Below are positions 37,872 to 49,827 of a stretch of DNA of 58,058 nt, one piece after another (within the stretch, counting starts at the first letter, position 1; each line of letters starts with the position of its first letter). Made by a program: the position numbers and the translations under genes. Source of the DNA: Chiloscyllium plagiosum (taxonomy: Eukaryota); contig NC_057755.1 in assembly GCF_004010195.1 (NCBI RefSeq), forward strand, positions 6,665,210 to 6,723,267. The letters run 5' to 3'. A model generated the notes under the pieces. The model was not told the DNA's origin and did no database searches. It worked only from the letters and a program-made list of their open reading frames with translations.

Positions 37872-38350
37872 TAGTCATAGAGTCAGAGTCACAGAGTCAC
37901 ACAGGACAGAGACAGGGCCTTTGGTCAAAAGTGGTCCATGCCGACCAAAATGTCCACCCACACTAAATCCATTTCCATGCACTTAGCCCATATCCTTCTA
38001 ATCCTTTCCTATCTATGTATTCATCCAAATTTTATTTTAATTTTGTTAATGTGCCCGCATCAGCCACTTCTGCTGGCAGCTCATTCCATATGCGTACCAT
38101 CCTCTCTGTAAAATATTTCCATTCAGGTTCCCGTTTATTCATTCCTCTCTAATCTTTAACTAAATCCGTCTGGTCCATGATTCCCCAGCTCTGGGAAAAA
38201 GACTGAGTGCATTCACCCTATCCATACCTCTCGTCATCCTACGCAATTGTGTAAGATCACCCTTCCGCCTTCCAAAAAACATAGAAAAATGACGGCACTT
38301 GACCAAACTCTCTTCCTTAGTCATAACATTGAGTCCTCGCAATATTTTTG
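37872..38350 (-). mobile_element. Decayed CR1 3' fragment
   Basis: (AGTCACAG)n tail; RGMDRVNALSLFPRAGESWTR. Confidence 0.8.
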
Positions 38351-38949
38351 ACTGGTCTACATACAATTCGAGACGAACGACAATACAGCTGACAGTTAAC
38401 ATACCAAAGGAAAATTTTATGCTGGGCTAGTCAATTATACCCATACCTCATCAATAATAATAATAAAAAAAATCTTGCAGTTCCAGTTCACGCTGCCCTT
38501 AATGGGATTTACTTGCAAAATATTCACTTGGAAACGATGACTCGGAATGGGTATCAATTCTGACCAGCCAGCACTGCCCATATTCAATAAATATATCAAA
38601 AAAGACACAATAATTTACTGGTAGTGGGCAATTGATGTAAAAGGTGAACCAGTACGGTTTGATGTGGATCAAAATAGTTCAGGTTGCGTGTGATAACACT
38701 CGTGGTTAACTTATTGTCTCGCAATGAGAAATGTTTATTTCTAATATTAACTAGTAATGTAGTTACAATTTTAAATATAAAGTGAGATACCTGTACGAAG
38801 TAGATGACAAATTTAGTTTAGCCTTCAAACAGATGCAATAAGGAACATCTTCTCATTCCGATTTGCATTTTTAGGAAGGACAACCATGGTTACGCCACTT
38901 AGAACTTAATTGTGGCAGAATGGAAGCGGGAAGGGGTTGAGCTTCCAGG

Positions 38950-39370
38950 CTGCCTTCTCAAGGCTCTTGAGTGTCATATACGCGTGAATTGGACCTCCTC
39001 TCAATTCTTTTCAACGCCGGAGAGTGTCTGCCTAAGCTGCTCAATCTCACTTCACGAAACAAACCCCTGATCACAGAAATCAATCCAGTGAACCTGCTCT
39101 GACCTGCCTCCAATGTAATTAAATCCCAGCCAGAGGGTGGTGAATCTGTGAAGTTCATTGCCTCATAACACTGTGGAGGACAGGTCATGGAGCCTATTTA
39201 AGGCTGAGATAGATAAGTTCTTGATTATCAAGGGGAACAAAGGTTTCTGGGAGAAATTGGTGAAATTGGTTTGTAAAAACTATTAGCCGTGGCAGAATGA
39301 TGAAGCAGACTGTTTTGGCCAAATAGCCTAATTTTTGTTACTCTGTCAGATGGTATTATGGTTTTATGCT
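38950..39370. mobile_element. Two decayed CR1 fragments in opposite orientation, joined near 39125
   Basis: Minus-strand LEAGQSRFTGLI...; plus-strand ccagagggtggtgaatctgtg...tttaaggctgagatagata. Confidence 0.6.
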
Positions 39371-40757
39371 GAATGTTCTTTCCAATCATTTCAGCAACAT
39401 GACTTTTTTTTGGATTTATAACTGGATGAAGTCATATTTGGACGTGTAAAGAATGTTGCATGAAATTAGTGTCCAGTTGAAGACATCCTCTTCTTAATCT
39501 GTAATTATATCCAAAAACGTTTTTTTTTTCAGATTGCTATATTCTTTCCCTCTCATTACAGTGCGTTTATCCCAGATGCAAAATTGGGAGCTGTAAAATG
39601 CTTCTTGTCTTGGCTTGAATGCAGTTTTATTCTGATGTCTTTCAAACTCCAATCCCTTCCAACTTTCATTGTGAAGCAAGTACAAGTTGAGTTTAAAATA
39701 GTCTGCCCTCTAGTGGATTCAGAGCATATTGCATCAGTATTTTCTCTGAAATTTAAGTTGAAATTGCTATTTGAAAAAGAAAAGACTCTTTCTGCTTCTA
39801 ATTGATCATGGAAGTAAGAATGCCAATTTTAACCACTTATATAATGTGACAATTATTTTCTTAACTAACTCGTTGTCTAAGTGCAGCACTACAACAGGTA
39901 TGTTGAACACCACATCCATTGTATTTCAAATTTCTTTCCTTCGTCTGGACCATGGGTCAGAGTTAACTGTATTCCCTTAAATTTATCCTCTGATAGTGCC
40001 CCAGCATCGCTACTTGCTCCCTTTAGAAGATGGTGTTGATCTGCCTTCTTGAACTACTGCTGTCTATGTGCCACTGGTAGACACATTATGCCCTGATGTC
40101 CAATTCCTGGAATTCCATCCCTCACAAAACTGAAGGAACAGGGTTATATTTCTGAGTCAGAATGATGAGCAGCTTGTAGAGGAACCTGCAGTCGGTTGCA
40201 TTCCTATGTATCTGCGGCCATTGACCTTCTAGACGGTAGTTGTTATATGTTTGCAAGGTGTTATAAGAACCCTTTGTGCTTCATGTAGTCAGCACCCACT
40301 GCAGTGAATGGGAAGTTGAATTGAATCACATTATTCTCGATCTGTTTGTGATAGACGAAGTGCCCATGCCACTAAACTATGACATATCGTCTTATGATTT
40401 CATTTTTCGGTACAAATTCCTCCTGCGTTTTAACATCTTCCAATGCTTTAGGTATGCCATATCCTTAATATGCTTTTATTATGTTTCTTTCCTCTAACTG
40501 TGACATACAATCATTTTTCTGGAGCATTTGTGTTCTTAGATCAAGTAGCATTCGCATGGAGAATCAATGTTTCTTTACATTAGTGGCTGTTGGAGATATT
40601 CTGGTCCAAATCCGTAATCTTATCAAATTTCATTTTGGTTCAGATTTCTGCTTTAGTGGTCATTGTGTCTTCCCACCACACTGAGGTCCAGTAAGATGTA
40701 AAATAGTAGGAACTGCTACTGATTTGCCTTTCAATGCACGCATTAAAGCAATTGATA

Positions 40758-40842
40758 AAGTGTAGTATTGGAAAAGGCAAAACAGGTCAGACAGCATCTG
40801 AGAGCAAGAGAGTCGATGTTTCGTGCATAATCCTTCATTCTG
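40758..40842 (-). mobile_element. Decayed Penelope terminal-repeat fragment
   Basis: ggaaaagg...caggtcagacagcatctg...gtcgatgtttcg; GAAAC is retained on the minus strand but the CUGANGA core is damaged. Confidence 0.65.
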
Positions 40843-41944
40843 ATTTCTGACAGATTGAGGTTTACTTGATCTTTTATTATATGTGCTGAGTTAAACTAAT
40901 GTCTGCAGAAGGTATCTTGTTTCCAGTGCGTAATCTTATCGCTTTTCAATTCATTTCAGCTCAGACTGTTACCTTAAGCATCTTTAAATCTTTCTGACAT
41001 TGTTACCTTTACCACAATGTAAAAAACCTCCCCTTTTTAAAAGTAAACATTAAATTCATATTATTATGGTTTTTGCCAGAGTGAAGTGTGCTCAGTCTTT
41101 CAATATAAAGTAAGTCTGTTTGACTGTTCCATGTCGAGTTCACAATAGTCTGCCCTCTAGTAGGTTGAGAGAATATTGCTGTAAGTTTGCTTGACTGCTC
41201 CTTGTGGAGTTCACAATAGTTTTCTTTCTCGTGACTTTACAGCATATCACTTCAAAATCTTCACAGCAATTCAATTGAAATAAAGAAAGTGATTTATTTC
41301 TGGTGTCCATTGTGTTCTTTTTATACTGCATTCTCATTTCCCAGTCCAAGTACATCCAGAAACTGTGAATGAATATGGAGATGGATAAGTACATCCTGGA
41401 TAGTTTTCCCTTTTTAAGTCTGTACAAAACCTTAGCTTATTTGCTTGAACTGCAAAAGCGTGTGGTTTATTTTCATGGTCCCACTGTGACCATGCATTCA
41501 CAACAAAGAGAAAGAAACTTCATGATCCCTAAACAAATTAACATGCTGATTCTGAGATCTGGTCCTGGATTATAACACTGACCGTGTGCTGAGATGGGTT
41601 AGCATTGATACAGGGCATGGGAGTTGATCATTGGAGAATTCTTATCATTTGCAAGTTTTTGTTGTTGTCTCAGCGTTAGGGCTGTTACAATGATATTCGT
41701 GGTGACAATCGGGATTTGACGGAGACAGATGCAAAGTGCCAAGCTGTGATACGTCAATATCAAATGTTCAGCTGCCCTGTCACAGGACTGATAATTTTTC
41801 ACATGTTCCTTCTCAGTTCTCTGTCCATGTCAGGCTGTATTCCCTATTCAATCGTTTAATCTTTCTGATGTTAAACTGTAAATGCGCTATGTTTACTGGT
41901 TGACCCTCATTTGAATAAGACTTAGGCTCAGCAAGCGTGCTAAT

Positions 41945-42335
41945 TTAGAGTCTTAGGGAAATGCAGCATGGAAACCGAATCTTTGGTCCAACTCGTCCAT
42001 GTGGGCCAGATATCCCAAATTAATCTCATCTCATTTACCAACACTTCGTCCATATGCCTCTGAGCACTTTACATTCACACAATCATTCAGATGCCTTTTA
42101 AATATTGTCATTGTACCAGCCTCTGCCAATTCCTCTGGCAGCTCAATCTATACATAACCACCTTCTGTGTGAAAGAAAATACCCCTTCTGTCTCCTTTAA
42201 ATATTACCCCTCTTAATATAAACCTATGCCCCTAGTTCTGGACTCCACTACCCCAGGGAATACACTTTGTCTGTTTATCCTATCCATATCCCCAGAAGAA
42301 TATAAAGCTCTATAAGGTCACACCTTCGCCTCTGA
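41945..42335 (-). mobile_element. Decayed CR1 3' fragment
   Basis: Reverse-complement homology to ~10720-11097. Confidence 0.8.
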
Positions 42336-42461
42336 CACTGTTAGGAATTTCATCGTCGAATCTTTGACATTCAAATTGGACACACATAGCGGCACTCTCT
42401 CGCTCACACATATATGCTCATTTACAGTCAGAAACTCAACCTCTGTCTCTCTCTTACGTGA

Positions 42462-42512
42462 GCACACACACACGTACCCCCCCCCCCCCCCCCACACACA
42501 CACACAGACACA
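42462..42512. repeat. (CA)n / poly-C simple repeat
   Basis: Directly visible. Confidence 0.85.
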
Positions 42513-43029
42513 GAAATATCAACATGTTAGATGGAAATATACAAATAGAAAACACACAGAGTTATATCTGGAAGTCACACTGAGAGCTGGAAAATTCTGA
42601 GGCAGAACCTCAGCAATTAACCCAGCACAATCTACTCAGTGCACTGTGGCGGGGAGTTTGGGGTGAGAGAATCTTAAATGTTACTGTGGGATCAGTATTT
42701 TCAAACTACATTGATGTCGCCATGTGTGCTAGCTTTTAACTGTTTATACAGTCAATGTCAGTGATCTACTAATATAAAACGATGGCTGTGAACACATTTA
42801 AGATGTCTGACTGATTCATTTGAGAGAGAGGTGTGAATGTGTCCAGAAATATTTCTATTCATAGGTCCTTGCAGAGGTAGGAAAGGCGGGGCAGCTCCTT
42901 GTAGGTGATTAAGATGCAATTTTCAGAATATCTTTACAGTGAATGCCTGAGACAAAGTTACATTAAAGCAATGTGTGCCTTCGCTTCCATGCTCCAAAAA
43001 TTGGTTTCAGGTTTTTAAATTTTTGATGA

Positions 43030-43400
43030 GATTGGGGGAGGTAGCACTAAATGGGGGAATTGGTGCAGTATAGTACTAAGTGAGAGAATTGTGTCAATGC
43101 TGCAATGAATGGGAGCATTGCTGCAGTGCAGCACGAAATGGAAGAGTTGGTGCAGTTTTGCAATAAACTGCAAAATGCATGAAGTGTTGCTTTAAATTGG
43201 AGAATTGGTGCAAGGTAGTACTAAAAGAGGGAATTAGGGCAGCGTAGCACTACTTTGGAGAATTGGTGCAGTGAAGCAATAAATGGGAGAATTCGTGCGA
43301 TGTATCCTGAAATGGGAGAATTAGTGCAGAACAGTAGTAAATTGGAGACTTGGGACAGTGTAAAATAAACGGGAGAATTGGAGCAGCATAATACTAAATG
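43030..43400. repeat. 29-bp satellite, edge block
   Basis: Same consensus and orientation as 1-3460. Confidence 0.92.
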
Positions 43401-46400
43401 TCCTGGTGAAATTATCCTGTGTGGGAAATTTGCTCATGCTACTCGGGTGGGTTTAAATTAGCTCAGCATGGGAATAGGACCTGTGGTGTATTTCCAGTGC
43501 ACAGCAGAATGCGAGTATGGAGGACATGGAAAGGATTTCACGGTCAAAGGAGTGCGGTGGCAGACAGCTGGCTTGCCTGAAGTGTGTCTACTTCACCGGT
43601 AGGAATATCCAGAACAAGGTGGGTGAGCTTGTAGCATGGATAGTTATTTGGGACTTCAATGTTGTGACTATTTCGGAGACATGGATAGAACAGGTTCAGA
43701 TTTGGATGTTGCAGGTTCCAGAGTTTAGATCGTTCATCAAGATCAGAAATGGTGGCATAAGCGAAGGAGGTGTGGCGTTGATAGTCAAGGACAGTGAAAC
43801 GGTGGCTGAAATAACTTTTGACGAGGCCTCATCTGCTGAGGTGGTATGGGCTGAGTTGAGAAACAGGCGAGGAGGGGTCACACTGCTGGGAGATTGTTTA
43901 TAGGCCTCTGCAGAGTTTCATGGATGTGGAAGAGTGGATTGGCAAAGCGAATCTGGGTAGGAGGGAAAGGAACAGGGTGGTCATTACGGGGGACTTTAAC
44001 TTCACCAAGCTTGACTGGAAATTGTATAACTTCCTAGTACGTCGGATCAATCCATTTTTGTCCAGTTTGTGCAAGAGGGTTTCCTGACACAAATATTTCA
44101 AGGAGCAGACGAAACTGGATGCCACACTGGATCTGGTGCTTGGTAATGAACCAGGCCAGGTGTTTGATTTAGTGGTAGGTGAGCACTTTGGAGAGAGTGA
44201 CCATAATTCAGTTACGTTTAGTTTAGCGATGGAATGGAATACTAACATGCCACTGGGCACGAGTTATGGATGGAGGAAGGACAATTATAATGCGATTAGG
44301 CAAGAAGTAGGAGGCATAGAATGGGGTCGTAAAGTGCAGGGGATGGGGACAATCGAAATGTGGAGCTGGTTTAAGAAACCGATACTGCATGTCTTTGACA
44401 TGTGTGTCCCTGTCAGGCAGGGATGAAGAGATAACGTAAGGGAGCAGTGGTTTAATGAAGAAGCTGCATCTCTTGTTAAGTGGAAGATGGAGGCTTATGT
44501 GAGGTTGAGATGAGATAGTTCAGATGAGGCGATTGAGAGTTATACATTAGCTGGTGAGGACTGATAAAGAGAGTTAAGAAGAGCAAGGCAGGGACATGAG
44601 CAGTCTTTAGCTGGTAGACTAAAGGAGAACCTGAAGCTTTCAACTGATATGTGAGGAATAAGAGGATGGCTTGGTCGGGGAAAAGGCCAGTCAAAGTCAG
44701 AAGTAGGAATTTGTGTGTGGACCCCGTGGAGATCAGAGAGGTGCTAAATGAATATTTCTCATCTGCTTTCACTCAGGAAACGGAGAATACTGTAGTAGAG
44801 AAGGCTGAGATACCAGACCAGAAGTCTGAGATATCAGACCAGAAGGGATAGAGGTGTTATCAATTCCAGAAGGTGTGGAAGTAGATAATTCACCTGGGCC
44901 AGAAGGGATTTATCCGAAGATTCTCTGGGAAACTAGGGACGAGATGGCGGAGCCGTTGGTCTTGATCGTTGAGTTGTCCTGTCTACAGGTTTAGTAGCAG
45001 AGGACTGGAGGATTGTAAATGTTGTGCCCATGTTTAAGAAGGGCAGTAGAGATGATCCAGGAAATTATAGACTAGTGAACTTTACGTGTGTTTTAGAAAA
45101 CGTTTTGGATAGGATTATAAGAAATAGGACTTATAATCATCTAGCAAGCAAAAATTGGATTGGAGATAGACAACATGGTTTAGTCAAGGGCAGGTCGTGT
45201 CTCACAAACGTCATTGAATCTTTTGTAAGGTGACCAAGAATGTGGATGAGGGTAGGACAGTTGACGTGGTGTAGATCGCCTTTATTAAAGCCTTTGTTCA
45301 GGTTCCAATAATAGGCTTTTGGAGAAAATCTGGATGCATAGGATTGAGGGTGATTTAGTTGTTTTGATTAGAAACTGTCTTTCTGTATGAATGCAGCGAG
45401 TGGTGGTTGATGTAAATTATTCAGTCTGGAGTCCGGTTACTAGTGGTGTGCCACAATGATCTGTTTTGTGACCACTGCTGTTTGTTATTTTTACAAATGA
45501 CTCGGACGCAGGCAAAGGTCGATAGGTAAGTTACATGCAGATGACTAAAGTTGGTGGAGTGGTAGACTGTGTGGTAGAATGTTGCAGGTTGCAGGGAACT
45601 TGGATAAACTGCAGAATTGAACTGAGAGGTGGCAAATGGAGTTCGATGCAGACAAATTTGAGGTGATTCACTTTGGGAAGATGAACAGGAAAGCAGAATA
45701 TTTGGTCAACGGAAAGATTCTTAGCAGTGTAAATGTGCAGAGAAATATACATAGATCCCTGAAAGTTGTCACCCAGGTTGATAGTGCTGTTAAGAAGGCA
45801 TGCTGTGTGTTAGGTTTTATCCGTAGAGAGATTGAATTCCGGAGCTGTGCTGTCATGCTGCAACTGAAAAAAAATACTAGTGCGGCCTCACTTGGAAGAT
45901 TATGCACAGTTCTGTTCACCCCATTATCGGAACGATGTGGAAGCATGGGAAAAGGTGCAGAGGAGATTTACCAGGTCGTTTCCTAGTCTGAAGGGAAGGT
46001 CTTAAAAGGAAAGCCTGAAGAACTTGTGTCTGCTCTCATTAGACAGAAGAAAACTAAGAGGGAATTTAATAGAGACACTCAAGACGATCAGAGGATTACA
46101 TAACGTGGACAGTCAGAGTTTTTTTCTAGGAGGATGACATCTGTGTGTATGAGGGGGCAGAGCTGCAAATTGAGGGGTGATAGATTTCAGACAGATGTCA
46201 GAGTTAGGTGTTTTACTCAGAAAGTGGTAAGTGAGTGCAATGCCCTGCCTTTCCATGCAGTTAACTCAGCCACATTAGGGACATTTAGACAATCCTTGGA
46301 TACAAATATGGATGATGATGGGATAGTGTAGGGGGGTCAGTTTAGATTAATTCACAGCTCGGTGCCACATCAAGGGCCAAAGGGCATGTTCTGCGCTATA

Positions 46401-46414
46401 TTGCTCTATGTTCT
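43401..46414 (+). mobile_element. Decayed CR1 LINE (end of ORF1 region + ORF2) inserted in the 29-bp satellite
   Basis: LKCVYFTGRNIQNK...ISETW, GEHFGESDHNSV, KKGSRDDPGNYR, MEFDADKFEVIHFG; tail ctatgttcta; possible TSD CTAAATG at 43394-43400 and 46413-46419. Confidence 0.92.
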
Positions 46415-49165
46415 AAATGGGGGAACTGGTTCAGTTTAGCTTTAAAAGTAAAAGGTTTGGGGCAGGGTAGCACTAAATGGGAGAAATTGTGCAGTGTTGC
46501 ACTAAATGGCAGAATTGGTGCAGTGAAACAAAAAATTGAAGAAATGGAGCCGTGTTGTACTAAATGAGAGAATTCGTGCAGTGTAGCACTAAATAGGAGA
46601 ATTGGTTCAGAGTAGCAAGCAATGGGACAATCGGAGTAATGTAGCACTAAATGGGAGAACTGGTGCAGTGTTGCACAAAATGGGAGAATTGGTACAGTGT
46701 AGCAAGACATGGGAGGATTAGGGCACTGTATCACTAAATGAAAGAATTGGTGCACTGCAGCTCTAAATGGGAGAATCAAAGCAGTGTTGGACTAAGTGGA
46801 AGAATTTGTGAAGTTTAGCACTAAATGGAAGATTTTGTGGAGTGTGGTACTGAAATGGATAATTGGGACAGCGTAGCACTAAATGCGAGAATTAGTGCAG
46901 CGTAGTACTAAATGGACCAATCGATGTAGTGCAGCTCTCAATGGGAGAATCGATGTGATGTAGCACTAAAAGGGAGAATTGGGGCAGCATAGCGCTAAAT
47001 GGGAGAATTGGTGCAGTGGACCACGATATGGGTAAATTGGTGCAGAGTAGCATCAGATGGGAGAATTGGTGCAGTAAAGCTTTAAATGGGTAAATTGGGA
47101 CTGTGTAGCACTAAATGGGAGAGTTTGTGCTGTGGTGCACACAACGAAAGAATTGAGGCAGCGTAGGAAGAATTATGAGAATTCTGGACATGTAGTATGA
47201 AATGGGAAAATGGATGCACGGTAGCACAGTATGGGTGAAATGGTGCAGCCTTGTACTAATGGTAGGATTAGTGTAGAGTATCACTAAATGATATAATTTG
47301 TGCTGTGTCACACTAAATGGTAGACATGATTCAGTGTAGCACTTAACTGAAGAATTTTTGCAGGGGAGCACTAAATGGATGAATTGGACTAAATAGGAGA
47401 ACTGTTGCAGACTGGCAATAAATGTAAAAATTGGTGATGTGTAACACTAATGGTAAATTGGTGTCGTGTAGCAATAAAAGGGAGGATTGGGGCAATGTAG
47501 AAGTAATTCGGAGAATTGGTGTGGAGAGAGCACTAAATGGGAGAATCGAGGCCATACAGCAGTAAATGGGAGAATTGGTGCACTGTAGCAATGAGTGGGA
47601 CAACTGGTGCAGTTTCGTACTAAAAAGGAGAATTTGTGTAGTGTCGGAATAAATGGGAGAATTGGGGCTGAGTAGCATTAAATATGAGAATTAATGCATA
47701 GTAACACTAAATTGGAGAATTCGTGCTTGGTCGCACAAAATGGGAGAATTGAGGCAGTGTAGTGCTAAATGGGAGAATTGGTGTAGTGTGGCACTCTATG
47801 GCAGAATTGGTCGCAATAAGTGGAAGGATTGGAGCAGCGGAGCAATCAATGGAGGAATTGATGTAGTGTTACACGAAATCGGAGAATTGGTGCAGTGTTA
47901 CACGAAATGGGAGAATTGGTGCAGTGTAGAGTAAATGGGAGATTTGGTTGAGTGTAGCAATAAATAGGAGAATTCCTGCAGTGTAATACTAAATGGGAGA
48001 ACTGGTGCAGTGTTGCAATAAATGGGAGAATTGGTGCAGTGCAGTACTAAATGTGAGCATGACTGCACTGTAATGTGAATTGTGAGAATTGGTACAGTAT
48101 AATGTTAAATGGAAGTGTTCGTTCAGTGCAGTACTAAAAATTGAGCATTGGTGCAGTGTAGTACTAAATGGGAGAATTGGATCAGTGCAGTGGTAAATGG
48201 CAGAATCGTTGCAGTGTACTGTTAAATGGGAGAATTGTTTCAGTGTAGTACTAAAAATGGAGAACTGGTTAAGTGTACCAAATTGCTGCAGTGTAGTACT
48301 GAATGGGAGAAAAGCTGCAGTGTTGGACTAATATCCAGTGCAGTATAGCGGGAAGTGCAAGAATTAGTGCAGTGCAGCACTAAGTCGGAGAATTGGTACT
48401 GTGTAGCAATAATTGGTAGTTTTGGGTCAGTGCAGCACTAAATGGGAGAATTGAGGCATTGTAGCGATAAGTAGGAGAATTGGTGCAGTGTTGCACGGAA
48501 TGGAAGAATTGGTGCAATTTAGCAATAAGCTGGAGAATTGATGAAACGTGGCAATAAATGGGACAATTTGTGTCGTGCAGCAATATATGGGAGTAGAGTC
48601 GCAATAATTGGAATTGGGCTCGTGTAGCACGAATTGGGAGAATTGGTTCGGTGTAGCAATAAATGGAAGAATTGGTGCAGTGTACCCCTAAATGGGAGAC
48701 CCGATGCAGATTAATACTAAATTGGAGACTTGGGGCATTGTAGCAATAAATGGGAGAATTGGTGTTGCATAATACTAAATGCGAGTATCAGGGCTGCGTA
48801 GTCAAAATGGGGGAATTGTTGCAGTGCATTTTTGAAATGTGGATTTGAGGCTGGGTAACAATAAATATGAGATTTTGTGCAGTGTTGCGCTAATTGGCAG
48901 AGTTGGTGCAGTGTAACACTAAATTGAGGAAATGGTGCAGTGTTGTACTAAATAGGCAATTTGGTGCAGAGTAGCGCGAAATGGGAGAATTGGTGTCATA
49001 TAGCAATAAACAAGAGAATTAGTGCAGTGTAGTACTAAAGAGGATAATTTGTGCAGTGTCGCACTAAATGGGAGAATTTTAAAAGGGAGAATTGCGGCAG
49101 TGTGGCACTAATTGAAAAATTGCGGCAGTCTGTACTAAATTAGATGATGAATGCAGTGTAGTATC

Positions 49166-49827
49166 TGTTATGGACTAGGCAACACCACTCACAACTTTCT
49201 TAAGCAGGCAGCGAAGGCCATAACTTTGTTTCAATAAGTGTACAGTAAAAATTACCCGTTTTAAGTTAGCTAGGTTGACTACTAGATATTAAAAATACTC
49301 ACACAATTACACAACGAAACCCAAAGAACAGAATAAATAACCTCGTACAAAACTCACTCTATCCAAACTAGACTTAATTATGCTGTTCCGAACATGCACA
49401 ACAGTCCTAAAAAGCAAACACACTTTAAAACCCAGTACAAACGGAACACATGCTTACAGGTTGAAATTGACGGGCAAAAAGAAAGAGAGAGGGAGAGGGA
49501 GAGAGAGAGGGGAGAGAGAGAGAGAGATAGTTTCCACGCAGCTCACAGATGAAAGCCTCACCAGCTCAAGAGTGAACTAAACTGCTCAGCTAGAGAACTG
49601 ACCACTCCCTTTTCATTATGCATATCACTTCAGAGACATGACCACTTTGGCAAAAGTCTCATCTGTTTATATGTAAACTAAAGGCGTCTCAAAATCCTTT
49701 TCATCTCTGTACCAAATCAGTCTGATCGGAGCCCGGCCTGGTTTATTCTACGTCTGAAATAATCAAGGACAGAGTATACTTGAGAGAAGAAACACCTTTT
49801 AGAAAAAAAGGGACTAGCTTTTTGACT
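49166..49827. mobile_element. Probable solo LTR (~660 bp) in the satellite
   Basis: Starts TGTTA and ends TTGACT (TG...CA with one change). The satellite phase resumes with a likely 4-bp TSD (tatc/tacc). Internal (GA)n at ~49483-49527. Confidence 0.65.
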
